A stretch of DNA of 64,000 nt from Aureliella sp. (GCA_963691875.1 OY829846.1:3488001-3552000); one strand, 5' to 3'; counted from the first letter of the stretch, positions 1 through 10,764 are shown. Made by a program: numbers and translations. Notes: a model not told the origin generated them from the letters alone.

Positions 1-2628
1 GGCGAACTTATTGAGCCGCCTCGAAGCTCGGATGGCAAGTACGCTCTCGAAAAGTGGATGGACGCCAACGGTATCCGCGACGTCGATGTGTTGATGTCTT
101 ACGGAATAGCAGGGACTCCTTATTCTGTCGTCTCAGGTGACGACTTAGCTTCAGCACAGACGAAGTTTGGTAATTCGGGCTACGAAGTGGAGTTTCGGCT
201 TGGACCAACTGGCGCGAAAAAGATGCTCGATTTGACAGTTGCCAACCAACCTCGTCCTGATGGCTCGAAGCGACGCATGGCCATCATCATGGACGACCGA
301 GTCCTTTCGGCTCCAAACCTTAACTCGCCCATTAGTAATCAGGGTGTCATCCAAGGAAATTTCAAGCGGGAAGAAGTCGAATATCTGGTCACGATCCTCC
401 GAGCGGGACGCCTACCAGCAACACTCGATAAAGAGCCTGCCAGTGAATCTCGCGTTGGTGCCGGTCTCGGTGCGACTACGATTTCCAAGGGAACAAACGC
501 TTCGATCTGGGCGATCGTAACTACCTTCGCCTGCATCTTGATGTACTACCGCTTCTCAGGTGTGGTTGCGTCGCTCGCCTTGATAATCAACGGCATCCTG
601 ATTTTCGGAATCATGATTTTCATCAGCCAACCGCTCACCTTGCCGGGCCTAGCCGGTTTGGTTTTAACGGTCGGTATGTCGGTCGATGCAAACGTCCTGA
701 TCTTCGAACGGATACGAGAGGAGAAAGCGAAGGGCTCTGCTCCGCGAATGTCGATTCGCAATGGCTTCGATCGGGCCTTTACCACGATTATCGATGCCAA
801 CTTGACGACGCTGATCGCGGCGATCGTCTTGTACTGGATCGGAACGGATCAAGTTCGCGGATTTGCTGTCGCATTGGTGATCGGAATTCTAACCAGTATG
901 TTCACCGCTACCTTCTGTTCGCGAATCGTTTTTGAGATCGCTGAGAAGCTGAAGATGGTGAGCCTGTCGATGTCCGACGGAGTAGGCTTCCTCAAGAAGT
1001 CCTTCTTGGGTGATCGCGATATCAACTTTATGAATTGGCGTCAGATCTGCTTCGTACTTTCTCTCGTGGTCATCGTCGGTGGACTTGGCGGCGTTGCTAT
1101 GCGAGGTCGGCAATTGCTGAACATCGACTTCACGGGCGGTACAAGTGTAACTTTCCAACTGACGAAGGGATTACCCGCTGATAAAGTCCGTGAGATTACC
1201 GGTCGAATCCTAAGTGCTGCCGACACGGCCGAAAATAAGGTCGAGTCGAAACTCGTGAATGTTGAAAAGGGTGAAAAGGACACTGTCTACACTCTTGTAA
1301 CATCGATCGAGAGCCAAGAACGTCTATCACAGCTGCTTACAGAAGGCTTCGCCGCTGAGCCCGAGACTGATTTGAAAACCTACAAGATCGATGTAACTCG
1401 AGACGATGTTTCGAGCAACGAGGATTTTCTGAACCAGCGTGTTCGCTACGTTTCGATGCAGGCTGCTGATACACCACCCCAAGAAGGTACTTCCGAAGAA
1501 GCCAAGAAACCTGAGGCAGAAGCACCCGAAGGACAAGAAGGCACTGAGCCTGAGACTGCACCCGAGACAGCACCAGCGGCTGATCCTGCTCCAGCAACTC
1601 AGGAACCTACGGCCGAAGTAACCACTGATCCTGCAGATACCACCCCTCCGGCAACTGGTGGTGAAGAACCAACTGGAGCTGAAGATGGACCGACTGAGCC
1701 TGTTGCACCTGCACCTATTGAATTCACCAAACTGACTCTGACCCTTGCTGGCAGTACCGACACCGCAAAGGATTCAGATGAAGACAAGGGTGCTCGCATC
1801 GCAGGAGCTTCGCTTCAAGAAGAGCTTATCAAAGCAGCTCAAGCGGCAAACGTCGAAATGAACAAGAATGCGATCGAGCTAGAGCCAGTCAAGATGCCCG
1901 AGGATGGCTGGACGATGGACGACGTGAAGGGATTCTCGGAGTGGAAGGTCCGTCTACCGGTTGGTCAAGCAGATGCTGACGCCATCGTCCGACAGTTGCA
2001 ATCAGACCTAGAAAAGCAACCGTTGTGGCTCTCGCTGGATTCGATCGGAGGCAAAGTCGCAGGTGAGATGCAGCAACGTGCGATCGCAGCGATCTTGATC
2101 AGCCTGATCTTCATCGTGGCCTATATTTGGTTCCGCTTCCAAAAGGTCGCGTACGGCTTGGCTGCGGTTGTTGCTCTTGTGCACGACGTATTGATCACCC
2201 TCGGTATTCTTGCACTGTGCCATTGGCTTGCCGGACCACTTGGATTCTTGCTCATCGAAGACTTTAAGATCGGTTTGACTGAAATTGCCGCCTTCCTCAC
2301 GATCATCGGTTACTCGTTGAATGACACGATCGTTGTGTTCGACCGTATTCGTGAAGTCCGCGGACGAAGTCCGAAGCTCAGCGGTGAGATGATTAACGAC
2401 AGTGTGAACCAGACTTTAAGTCGTACCCTGCTAACCTCGGGAACAACACTGGTAACAGTACTGCTGCTCTACGTCTTCGGTGGCGAAGGCATTCATGCAT
2501 TCGCGTTTGCTTTATTGATAGGCGTTTTAGTCGGTACCTACAGTTCGGTCTTCATTGCTGCTCCCGTTCTGCTGTGGATCTCAAATCGAGAAAAGAGCCC
2601 AAGCAAGATGCGAGCTGCGAACAGCTAA
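1..2628 (+). CDS. secDF: Protein translocase subunit SecDF (fused), 5'-truncated by window edge
   Basis: Frame is open from base 1. SecD motifs 'LRAGRLPA', 'LTLPGLAGLVLTVGMSVDANVLIFERIRE' and SecF motifs 'IDFTGG', 'IGYSLNDTIVVFDRIRE', 'QTLSRT' occur in one ORF. Confidence 0.97.
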   Translation, partial: GELIEPPRSSDGKYALEKWMDANGIRDVDVLMSYGIAGTPYSVVSGDDLASAQTKFGNSGYEVEFRLGPTGAKKMLDLTVANQPRPDGSKRRMAIIMDDRVLSAPNLNSPISNQGVIQGNFKREEVEYLVTILRAGRLPATLDKEPASESRVGAGLGATTISKGTNASIWAIVTTFACILMYYRFSGVVASLALIINGILIFGIMIFISQPLTLPGLAGLVLTVGMSVDANVLIFERIREEKAKGSAPRMSIRNGFDRAFTTIIDANLTTLIAAIVLYWIGTDQVRGFAVALVIGILTSMFTATFCSRIVFEIAEKLKMVSLSMSDGVGFLKKSFLGDRDINFMNWRQICFVLSLVVIVGGLGGVAMRGRQLLNIDFTGGTSVTFQLTKGLPADKVREITGRILSAADTAENKVESKLVNVEKGEKDTVYTLVTSIESQERLSQLLTEGFAAEPETDLKTYKIDVTRDDVSSNEDFLNQRVRYVSMQAADTPPQEGTSEEAKKPEAEAPEGQEGTEPETAPETAPAADPAPATQEPTAEVTTDPADTTPPATGGEEPTGAEDGPTEPVAPAPIEFTKLTLTLAGSTDTAKDSDEDKGARIAGASLQEELIKAAQAANVEMNKNAIELEPVKMPEDGWTMDDVKGFSEWKVRLPVGQADADAIVRQLQSDLEKQPLWLSLDSIGGKVAGEMQQRAIAAILISLIFIVAYIWFRFQKVAYGLAAVVALVHDVLITLGILALCHWLAGPLGFLLIEDFKIGLTEIAAFLTIIGYSLNDTIVVFDRIREVRGRSPKLSGEMINDSVNQTLSRTLLTSGTTLVTVLLLYVFGGEGIHAFAFALLIGVLVGTYSSVFIAAPVLLWISNREKSPSKMRAANS

Positions 2629-2670
2629 GAAGGCCAATCGGACGCTTCGCAAGTATCTAACAGATTCACG

Positions 2671-2699
2671 AAAGGCCGAGCAAATTTGCTCGGCCTTTT
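2671..2699 (+). terminator. Rho-independent terminator after secDF (possibly bidirectional)
   Basis: Perfect 28-nt palindrome AAAGGCCGAGCAAA/TTTGCTCGGCCTTT ending in a T tract, about 40 nt after the secDF stop. Confidence 0.85.
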
Positions 2700-2841
2700 G
2701 CTTGCGCACTCGGATCTCGCTTCCATAGGAATAAGTGTGGAAGTGCAACATTCCCTTCATCATGAGGGCGCAGCACTCTAGCAAAGGCACTAGAATAGGG
2801 CAGGCGTTCTTCCAATTGTCCATCGGCTGCCGAGGTCAACG

Positions 2842-4167
2842 ATGACAAACCCTTCAGCAATCCATTTGTGCAGTCTATTTCGCTCAGCATTGCTTGCTGG
2901 CATGATACTGAGCCAATCCTGGTGCGCCTCGGAGATTTACGCCCAAAACGCGAGCGATCAGGAAGTCAAAGCTCTGATCGAACAGCTCCATTCTCCTGTC
3001 TTCAAAGAACGCGAAGCTGCAACCGAAGCTTTACTCGCCTTGGGCACGCGATCTGTTGCAGCACTACGGGTGCTTGAGTCTGAGAATCTGGAGGCAACAA
3101 CCCGGGCCGACGCAATATTGAAGAAGATTGAAGAGACTATCTTCAAGGACGCAGCCCAGCAGTTCCTAAGGAAAGGCGCGGAGCCCGATCCAGACATCAT
3201 GCCAAGCTGGCGACATTACTCAAGCATTGTAGGCAGATCGCGTTCCGCCAAACTTCTGTTTCTGGATATGCTGCGGGTGCAAAGAGAGTTTGCAAAACTC
3301 ATTGAGCTTCACACAGAGAGCCCGACTAAAGAAAACACTGTTCAGGTTCGCACCGCCACAGAGAAGCTCGCTGCGGAACTAACATTCCTTCGCACTCGAA
3401 AAGCAATTCTTCCAGAGCTGGGAGATATTGTAGCGGTACTAATGGGTGCAAGTTTACTCGAGGGCCAAGCTCCAGTGCCCGTGAACGAATTCCTGGTTAT
3501 CAGCAGCTATACGATCCCTGTCACAAAACATATCGACAGTCGAGGCTACGGCCAGGCACTCAAAAGTCTATTCGCCATTTGGATCCCAAAGATCCATGAA
3601 TCGCGTGCCGCTGATGCTATGCGCATTGCGTTGCGTTACAAGTACTCAACTGTAGCCGAGCTGGCGCGGCGCTACGTGACTGAGAACTACGATGCTCGAA
3701 CGCGTGAGAGAGCCATTCAGTGCTTGGCTGAATTCGGCAACGAAAAGACAGACCTCCCCCTTCTCATCAAATTGCTCGACGACGGACAAATATGTGACCA
3801 ATTCGCCCTGAACCAGTTCTTGAGTCTTCCAAACGACATACGCGTGACAGATGAGAATCCGCCACAAGCCCCCTTTGGTAAGCAAGACGATGCCCCCGAT
3901 CCTAACGCGAGATTTGAGTATCGCATTCAAGATATCGCGCTCGCTGCGTGCATGATGCTTGTGGAAGAAGATCTGGAGCAAGTCTTTCAAAAACCGCTAG
4001 TGCCACCCGCCTATGTATTTGGTCGCTTCCAGCTTGCCATCCAGGCCACGGCCGAAGCAAGGAAGAAACGCTCGGAACAAATCGGTGCATGGAAGAGTAA
4101 GCTGAAAAAACGAGCCAATAACTCCTCAACGCATTCCGCAAGCGATGCGACACCCAACGGCGCGTAG
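2842..4167 (+). CDS. Exported HEAT-repeat-like hypothetical protein
   Basis: 441-aa ORF with signal-peptide-like N-terminus. HEAT-like motifs 'LIEQLHSPVFKEREAATEALLALG' and 'RERAIQCLAEFG..DLPLLIKLLDD'. Confidence 0.75.
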   Translation: MTNPSAIHLCSLFRSALLAGMILSQSWCASEIYAQNASDQEVKALIEQLHSPVFKEREAATEALLALGTRSVAALRVLESENLEATTRADAILKKIEETIFKDAAQQFLRKGAEPDPDIMPSWRHYSSIVGRSRSAKLLFLDMLRVQREFAKLIELHTESPTKENTVQVRTATEKLAAELTFLRTRKAILPELGDIVAVLMGASLLEGQAPVPVNEFLVISSYTIPVTKHIDSRGYGQALKSLFAIWIPKIHESRAADAMRIALRYKYSTVAELARRYVTENYDARTRERAIQCLAEFGNEKTDLPLLIKLLDDGQICDQFALNQFLSLPNDIRVTDENPPQAPFGKQDDAPDPNARFEYRIQDIALAACMMLVEEDLEQVFQKPLVPPAYVFGRFQLAIQATAEARKKRSEQIGAWKSKLKKRANNSSTHSASDATPNGA

Positions 4168-4191
4168 CACGTCAAATGTGAGCATGAGGCG

Positions 4192-5367
4192 GTGGAGCAA
4201 ACATTGACCTGGAAAGATTATTTTGAGGCGGCTCTCCAGGACAAAGCTGCCGCCAGTGGCCTGCGAGTACAGGGGGGGCAGGTCGATACGGCTGATGGTA
4301 GCTGGATCGACTTCGGCAGCAACGACTACCTCGGTCTTCGCAAACATCCGCAGGTTCTGGGGACATTAAGACTACTGTCTCCCTTCGGCAGCGGTGCAAG
4401 CCCAGTGCTGTCGGGGCATACACGTATCCACCAGGATGTCGAAGAGCTTCTTGCTGCCCTCTCGGGCTCAAGTCGCAGCATGGTGTTCAGCAGTGGTTTT
4501 TCCTGCAACACCGGAGTTATCGCCGCTTTGGCACAAGCAGAAGATCTGATCCTGAGCGACCAGCTCAACCATGCCAGCCTTATCGATGGAAGTCGACTCT
4601 CCAAAGCGAAGGTGCACGTCTATCGACATCTCGATGTCGAATCAGTCGCGATGTACCTTCGCCAACATCGACATGAGTTTCGGAAATGCCTTTTGGTTAC
4701 CGAATCGGTCTTTAGCATGGACGGCGACGTTGCCCCTCTTACAGAGCTTTCAGCAGTCTGCGAGAAGTACGACTGCGGACTTGTTGTCGACGAAGCGCAT
4801 GCAACTGGAATCTACGGCCAAAAGGGAGGCGGGCTAACGGAAGAGTTGTCGCTTCAACAGAAAGTACTGTGCAAGCTCGGGACACTCAGCAAGGCTATAG
4901 GCGGCGTGGGAGGATTCGTCAGTGGCTCAGAGTCTTGTATTCACTACCTGATCAATCATTGTCGCAGCTACATCTTCAGCACGGCACCGTCTCCAAGCGT
5001 GATGCATGGAGTTCTAGCAGCTCTACAACTCCTCCCCGGTATGGAGCAGGAACGGATGCAGCTCCGTTCTGCAAGTCGCCAACTACGAGCAGAGCTGGGA
5101 CAGCAAGGTTGGCAGTGCAGCGCCCAGGACTCACTTGCAACGGCTACGGATCCAGATAGCCCTATCATTCCGGTGGTCGTAGGCAGTGCCGAACGTGCAC
5201 TGCATTTGAGTCGACAATTGCTCGAGGAAAAAATACACGTTCCTGCAATCCGCCCCCCAACCGTGCCTGAGGGTAGCTGCCGATTACGACTTAGCTTGAG
5301 TGTCCGACATACACAAAGAGATTTCGCCAAGCTGACAAGCGTCATGGCTAGAATCACAGACGTCTAA
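4192..5367 (+). CDS. bioF: 8-amino-7-oxononanoate synthase (PLP class II)
   Basis: Motifs 'FGSNDYLGL', 'SDQLNHASLIDG', 'ESVFSMDGD', 'DEAHA', 'GTLSKA', 'AIRPPTVP'. Confidence 0.9.
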   Translation: MEQTLTWKDYFEAALQDKAAASGLRVQGGQVDTADGSWIDFGSNDYLGLRKHPQVLGTLRLLSPFGSGASPVLSGHTRIHQDVEELLAALSGSSRSMVFSSGFSCNTGVIAALAQAEDLILSDQLNHASLIDGSRLSKAKVHVYRHLDVESVAMYLRQHRHEFRKCLLVTESVFSMDGDVAPLTELSAVCEKYDCGLVVDEAHATGIYGQKGGGLTEELSLQQKVLCKLGTLSKAIGGVGGFVSGSESCIHYLINHCRSYIFSTAPSPSVMHGVLAALQLLPGMEQERMQLRSASRQLRAELGQQGWQCSAQDSLATATDPDSPIIPVVVGSAERALHLSRQLLEEKIHVPAIRPPTVPEGSCRLRLSLSVRHTQRDFAKLTSVMARITDV

Positions 5368-5557
5368 GCAGATAAACAACACCTTGCACCCTTTCGTCAC
5401 AAAGTACGCTGAGTTTGAAGGCCCCTATCCGAAGCGGTCTTGATTCCCTGCCTGGACGTACCTCATCATATGTGATAGCAAACAAGTTTACCGAGCTTGT
5501 CTCCAACCAATGCTAGCACTTTACCGCAACCGGTTTTGATACAAATAGGATGATGCA

Positions 5558-6493
5558 ATGCCACGTGGAAACGTCTATTCAAATGCCGCCCAGGCCATCG
5601 GCGACACTCCGATGATCCAAATCAACCGCCTTATTCCCGAAGGTGCTGCGACGGTCTTTGCCAAATGCGAGTTTTTTCAGCCGCTCAATAGCGTCAAGGA
5701 CCGAATTGGAGCCGCGATGATTGAAGCTGGCGAGCTTGATGGCAAGATTACTGCAGACACGCATATCATCGAACCCACCAGCGGCAACACTGGAATCGCA
5801 TTGGCATTCGTCTGCGCCGCCAAAGGCTACAAGCTTACGCTAACCATGCCCGAGTCGATGTCGGTTGAGCGTAGGGCATTGCTGCGAGCGATGGGAGCAA
5901 ACCTAGTCCTGACTCCGGCAGCAGAGGGTATGAAAGGAGCGATCGGTAAAGCTGAGGAGTTGGTTGCATCGGAAGCAGACAGCTTCATGCCACAGCAATT
6001 CCAGAACCCAGCAAATCCCGCGATTCACGAAAAGACAACCGGCCCTGAGATCTGGGAGGACAGTGGTCACAATATTGATGCGATCATCGCCGGCGTCGGA
6101 ACAGGCGGAACCATTACGGGCTCCTCCCGTTTTCTGAAGAGCCAAAACCCAGACTTCAAAGCAATCGCAGTGGAACCGGTTCACAGCCCAGTTATCAGTG
6201 GCGGGAGCCCAGGCAAGCACCGTATTCAAGGAATTGGAGCAGGTTTCATCCCTGACAACTTGGACACTTCACTTGTTGACGAAGTCATCAAGGTCGACGA
6301 TGAAGAGGCCTTTGAGTGGGGACGCAAGCTGGCCAAGCACGAAGGTATCGTCGCGGGCATCAGCAGCGGTGCAAACATGTGCGCTGCCGCACAGGTCGCA
6401 GCCCGTCCCGAGTTCAAAGGTAAACGTATCGTGACGATCATGTGCTCGCTGGGCGAACGATACCTCTCAACTCCGCTGTTTGCTGACACCTAA
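5558..6493 (+). CDS. cysK: Cysteine synthase A
   Basis: 'SVKDRIG' (PLP lysine), 'EPTSGNTG', 'QQFQNPANP', 'GVGTGGT', 'HRIQGIG', 'GERYLST'. Confidence 0.96.
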   Translation: MPRGNVYSNAAQAIGDTPMIQINRLIPEGAATVFAKCEFFQPLNSVKDRIGAAMIEAGELDGKITADTHIIEPTSGNTGIALAFVCAAKGYKLTLTMPESMSVERRALLRAMGANLVLTPAAEGMKGAIGKAEELVASEADSFMPQQFQNPANPAIHEKTTGPEIWEDSGHNIDAIIAGVGTGGTITGSSRFLKSQNPDFKAIAVEPVHSPVISGGSPGKHRIQGIGAGFIPDNLDTSLVDEVIKVDDEEAFEWGRKLAKHEGIVAGISSGANMCAAAQVAARPEFKGKRIVTIMCSLGERYLSTPLFADT

Positions 6494-6622
6494 AGCGACC
6501 AGCAGAAGAGCTTCTACCACTGGAAAGTGTTTTCGCGGAAGGTAATACGGCTTGAAAACGAACTTGGGCTGGCAGATTCTGACGCGTCTTCCGCCTAAGC
6601 CCTCGACAGCGAGTCTTCTTGC

Positions 6623-7549
6623 ATGAGTCCTATCGAAACTCGTTTGGCTCAGGCTCAACAATTGCCAAACTGGCAGCTTAGCGCATCGGCGGTAAGCTGC
6701 CTGTGTGCGATTCTTCAGAACCACACCTCTCGAATTCCGAGTGATGAAGTGCGAGGGCTACTGGCTGCGGAAGCAGTATCTCTCAAAACTTTGATGCAGC
6801 AACTGATGCTCGTGGCGCAGCAATTCGCAACCGCCCCCGTATCTGATTTTTTGGTAGGCGCCGCCGCACTTGGGGAAACCGGCGACATCCACCTGGGAGC
6901 GAATTACGAGTTCGAAGCGCTGCCCTTGAACTGCTCGGTTCATGCGGAACAAGCCTGCCTGTCCAATGCTCTGCTTAGTGGTGAAACGCAGCTACGGTCG
7001 ATTGCGCTAAGTGCGGCGCCTTGTGGGCACTGCCGCCAGTTCCTTCATGAACAACGCGAAGCAACAAGTATGACTTGCGTGCTACCTGGCAATGAAACTC
7101 TTCTGCTACCGGAGCTTTTGCCCCAAGCTTTTGGACCAAAACAACTGAATGTTGATACGTTTCTCTTTGAAGCAGAGGACAACTCCTACACTCTTTCTCA
7201 TCCACCAGCAGATTCCGATTTGGCCCAGATGTCCAAGCTCGGATTACCGCTGTTGCCGCTTAGCCATGCACCTTACTCACAGTCTCCTGCAGCGGCAGTG
7301 GTGCGGACTGTCGATGGCGTCTGCCATCGGGGCGTGTATCTTGAGAACGCGGCTTTCAACCCAAGCTTGCCGGCATTTCAATCCGCTCTGGCACAAATGC
7401 AGATGACCAATTCGCGCGAATGCGGTCTTAGCCATGCTCTCCTTTTAGAACTAGAGCAGCCGACTATCTCTCACGCCCAAACGTCTCGAGAAGCGTGGCG
7501 AACTCTGTCCAATGGAGTTCTTTACCAAGCAGGTGTTCGCATAGAATGA
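6623..7549 (+). CDS. cdd: Cytidine deaminase, long two-domain (E. coli-like) type
   Basis: 'GANYE', Zn motifs 'HAEQ' and 'PCGHCRQF'; second domain 'SHAPYS..G.YLENAAFNPSLP'. Confidence 0.9.
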   Translation: MSPIETRLAQAQQLPNWQLSASAVSCLCAILQNHTSRIPSDEVRGLLAAEAVSLKTLMQQLMLVAQQFATAPVSDFLVGAAALGETGDIHLGANYEFEALPLNCSVHAEQACLSNALLSGETQLRSIALSAAPCGHCRQFLHEQREATSMTCVLPGNETLLLPELLPQAFGPKQLNVDTFLFEAEDNSYTLSHPPADSDLAQMSKLGLPLLPLSHAPYSQSPAAAVVRTVDGVCHRGVYLENAAFNPSLPAFQSALAQMQMTNSRECGLSHALLLELEQPTISHAQTSREAWRTLSNGVLYQAGVRIE

Positions 7550-7601
7550 TGAAGCGCGCCGCACCCGCATCTAGTTCATTCTGCTTTCTAGGTCATTAGC
7601 A

Positions 7602-8102
7602 TTGAGTTGTCGTTTCAAGAGTCCTGGTGGTGACCTCAACTGGCTCAGCCCGCTGATGATCCTGGGCGGAGGCTTTCTGTGCTATCACAGCGTAATGTCT
7701 GGTAGTTTGATCAAAGCCCTACTTTTTGGAACCCTGGCCTTTCTCTGCAGCATGCTTTGGTTCCAGCAACGATGGGCCACCTATCCCTTGCTCGCCTACT
7801 TGAGTTTTGCCGTTTTCGGCGGCTCACTGCTCCTGATCTTTGATGGCTTCGAAATACGAAAGCTTTTCAGCGTACTTTCTTGCATCTTGTTAAGCCGCGA
7901 GCTTTTAAAGTGGAAGGATGGAGAAGACGAAACGCAGGAAGCCGTCGATGACATAAGCGACTTTAACAGCCATTGGAGCGAAGATCTCGAGATGACCGAG
8001 CAGCTCGAGGCCGAGGAATTGATCGACCCACAAGAAGGAAAGAAAACGAAGAAACGCGGGCGTTGGAGGTCGAACAAGCCTGGCGATACTTTCGAGATCT
8101 AA
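7602..8102 (+). CDS. Hypothetical membrane protein with charged C-terminal tail
   Basis: 166-aa ORF with 3-4 hydrophobic segments that fills the gap after cdd; start codon uncertain. Confidence 0.65.
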   Translation: MSCRFKSPGGDLNWLSPLMILGGGFLCYHSVMSGSLIKALLFGTLAFLCSMLWFQQRWATYPLLAYLSFAVFGGSLLLIFDGFEIRKLFSVLSCILLSRELLKWKDGEDETQEAVDDISDFNSHWSEDLEMTEQLEAEELIDPQEGKKTKKRGRWRSNKPGDTFEI

Positions 8103-8142
8103 ATGTTCGCAAGATTCCAGCTGGGAATTCTGACGTATCCCA

Positions 8143-9228
8143 CTACGGTGCAGAGCCAGCGATCTGGGCGAGCTCGCAGAGGTTGGCACTGACCACAGGT
8201 TGCGGACAACTCCAAACCAAGAAAAACAGAGCTTCTCTTGCCCAGCGTCCTGCGGGATGCGAAGCCATAAAACCGGCACCCTTAGCTGCTGACAGTGCTG
8301 CCTGAGTGCTTCTCAACACCAACGAATTCGCTCGCTGGCGCAGTTCAGCAGCATCCATGGAGCAGTTTTCGCCAGCATTCAAGTCTCGCAACACACGGCA
8401 GAGCTCCTCGGCATCTCGATCCATCTTTTGAGCAACAGGAACGAGATCCTGTCTCTTCTCGGCTTGTTGCTGCAAATACTCTACGGATGCTAGCGTGAGT
8501 CCGATCGCAAGCGTCGATGTTTGCAGCCCACCAGCTCCGCCGCCAGAATTGGTCTGCAGCACATTCTCGACAGGCCCAGCCACGATGCGGTTTTCAGGCA
8601 CAAACACATTCTCAAGCCTCACCGCGTCGGTACAACTGCTGGACAATGCAACAAGATCCGCTCCCGGTGATGCTTCCAGCCCGGCAGAATCCGTTGAAAC
8701 TGCTGCAATGATTTGTGTACCATCGTCGAGACTTGCTCCGAGCACGATCACGTCAGCTTGCGCTGCCGAAGTAACCCATGGACTGAATCCGTTGAGCATG
8801 AAGCCATTTTCAGCACGTTCTGCGATCAAGACAGGTTTCGCCAAATGTTGTCGACTGGTGGTCAAGTGACTGATACCAACCGTCGCAAACAAACTTCCAT
8901 CAGCCATGGCTGGCAAGAGATCCTGCTTGAGCTGTTCGTTGACGCTGCCCAAGATACGTTTGCAGGCGGCGTTCCATTGCGTCAATATAAACGTGCTGGT
9001 GATACAGCTTTGGCTCAGCGCCAAATAGCCATTCAGAATCTGGTCTTCGCTCCAACCATCTCCACCATACACCGGAGGAATAAACCAGCGAAAAACACCA
9101 GCCTTTGCCAACCAAGACATCGTCTCAGAAGGCCACTGGCGTTTCAGATCGACCTCCGCAGCGTGTTCATGCAGATCCATGCAGAGCTGCTGAACCTCCT
9201 CTGGCATTTTGCCTACCATCGAGCTCAC
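8143..9228 (-). CDS. Acyl-CoA dehydrogenase family flavoprotein
   Basis: 'IPPVYGGDG', 'LLPAMADG', 'FMLNGFSPWVTSA', 'VRLENVFVP', 'HPAGRWAREA'. Confidence 0.85.
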   Translation of the reverse strand: MSSMVGKMPEEVQQLCMDLHEHAAEVDLKRQWPSETMSWLAKAGVFRWFIPPVYGGDGWSEDQILNGYLALSQSCITSTFILTQWNAACKRILGSVNEQLKQDLLPAMADGSLFATVGISHLTTSRQHLAKPVLIAERAENGFMLNGFSPWVTSAAQADVIVLGASLDDGTQIIAAVSTDSAGLEASPGADLVALSSSCTDAVRLENVFVPENRIVAGPVENVLQTNSGGGAGGLQTSTLAIGLTLASVEYLQQQAEKRQDLVPVAQKMDRDAEELCRVLRDLNAGENCSMDAAELRQRANSLVLRSTQAALSAAKGAGFMASHPAGRWAREALFFLVWSCPQPVVSANLCELAQIAGSAP

Positions 9229-9255
9229 CGCTGAACCTCTTCTCCAAGAGAGCGT

Positions 9256-10056
9256 TTACTGGAGTACCTTTTTGGAGATATCTGGCTTTGTCTCGTCCCT
9301 GACCGGGGCTTGGTCAGTTCCCTCACCACCAGGAGAAGATACCGCAGGTCTCGGCTTTGTTTCACCGCCCAATGGTGCTGCAAGCGGAGCTCCTGAAAGC
9401 CAGGCGAGAGCGAAGGTGACAATGAAATACAGGGAGTAGTGCATCAATCCTTGCACTGCTTCCAACTCAAGAGCCGCTACCGCGATTGCTGCACCCAGCA
9501 CCAACATCGCTGGAATCGAAAGCCCAAGCGCGAGAGCAGAGTACTCGGCCGTAGATTCATACTCGAACACAAAAGCTGGCACGAAGACATACAAGGCCCA
9601 GATTAGGGCAAAGCTGATTCCGCATATCACGACTCGGAGCAGCAATTGCTGGCCAGCGAATCCCTCCAGCTCATCGTCGTGCAAAAACCAATAGCCAAGA
9701 AATACCAGTGGCGGCGCGATGATGATCGCGCCCAGAGTCAACAAAGCGACCTGAGGCGGATTACCCGTAATACGCAAGCCTAACGCCAAGACGAAAATGC
9801 AAAGTGCCGCCACGCAGCTACCAATGATGATCGGCAGGCTAACGTTGACTTCCTCGCGCCGAATGGGACTCAGTATGGCCTTACCCGACGCGTCCTTTGG
9901 AGAATCCGCTTCAGGTGCGTGGATGACGACCTGCTCGGAAAGCTCCGGTACCTTGATCGTCTTCTGACAGTTTGGGCATGGACCAGTCTTCCCAGCAAAT
10001 TTGTCACTGACGCTAAAGCGTTTCAAACAGCTGGGACAAGTAACATTAATTGGCAT
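9256..10056 (-). CDS. N-terminal Zn-ribbon membrane protein
   Basis: 'CPSC-x16-CPNC' at the N-terminus followed by about 5 TM segments. Confidence 0.8.
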   Translation of the reverse strand: MPINVTCPSCLKRFSVSDKFAGKTGPCPNCQKTIKVPELSEQVVIHAPEADSPKDASGKAILSPIRREEVNVSLPIIIGSCVAALCIFVLALGLRITGNPPQVALLTLGAIIIAPPLVFLGYWFLHDDELEGFAGQQLLLRVVICGISFALIWALYVFVPAFVFEYESTAEYSALALGLSIPAMLVLGAAIAVAALELEAVQGLMHYSLYFIVTFALAWLSGAPLAAPLGGETKPRPAVSSPGGEGTDQAPVRDETKPDISKKVLQ

Positions 10057-10224
10057 AAAATGAGCAGCGGTGATGAGGTTCTACACGAATCGCTCGAGCA
10101 AACAGGCGAGAACTCAGCCAGGCATTGATTCAGATTCACAACAAGACTCACATTGTAACCCAGCTTGCCGAATCTCGGCCACTAGAACCAGCGTCTGCCC
10201 AAAAACCAACTGAGAAACTATTCC

Positions 10225-10764
10225 ATGACTGCGGCTGATTCCCAACCCAATGCCCCCCCAGCCTCTCAGGCAAGGCACCCGCTAAACGTGGTTCTGTTCC
10301 AGCCAGAAATTCCTCCCAACACAGGAAATATTGGGCGCTCCTGCGTTGCCTTGGGGGCCAAGCTGTGGATCGTCCGACCCTATTCCTTCAGCCTAGATTC
10401 GGCTCAGATCAAACGTTCCGGCATGGATTACTGGAATGACTTGGACTGGGAGTGCGTTGACAATTGGGATGACCTGCTAATAAAACTTCCGCCAACGCGG
10501 ATTTGGTTACTGACCAAGTTTGGAACCCAGAATTACTTCGACGTAGCATTTGAAGAAGGCGATACCTTGGTTTTTGGCCGTGAGTCCAACGGTCTGCCTC
10601 AAGCGATACACGATCAGTATGCCGATCACCAACTCTTGATTCCTATGCCTGGGCCAGTTCGATGTCTGAACCTTGCCACCTCGGCCGGAATCGTCATGTA
10701 CGAAGCAGCGCGACAAATGAATCTTTTCTCGTCTCCCATAGCGGAACAGGGAGCGGGCTCATGA
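10225..10764 (+). CDS. trmL: tRNA (cytidine/uridine-34-2'-O)-methyltransferase, SPOUT family
   Basis: 'PEIPPNTGNIGRSC', 'RSGMDYW', 'LVFGRESNGLP', 'IPM..VRCLNLA'. Confidence 0.93.
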   Translation: MTAADSQPNAPPASQARHPLNVVLFQPEIPPNTGNIGRSCVALGAKLWIVRPYSFSLDSAQIKRSGMDYWNDLDWECVDNWDDLLIKLPPTRIWLLTKFGTQNYFDVAFEEGDTLVFGRESNGLPQAIHDQYADHQLLIPMPGPVRCLNLATSAGIVMYEAARQMNLFSSPIAEQGAGS

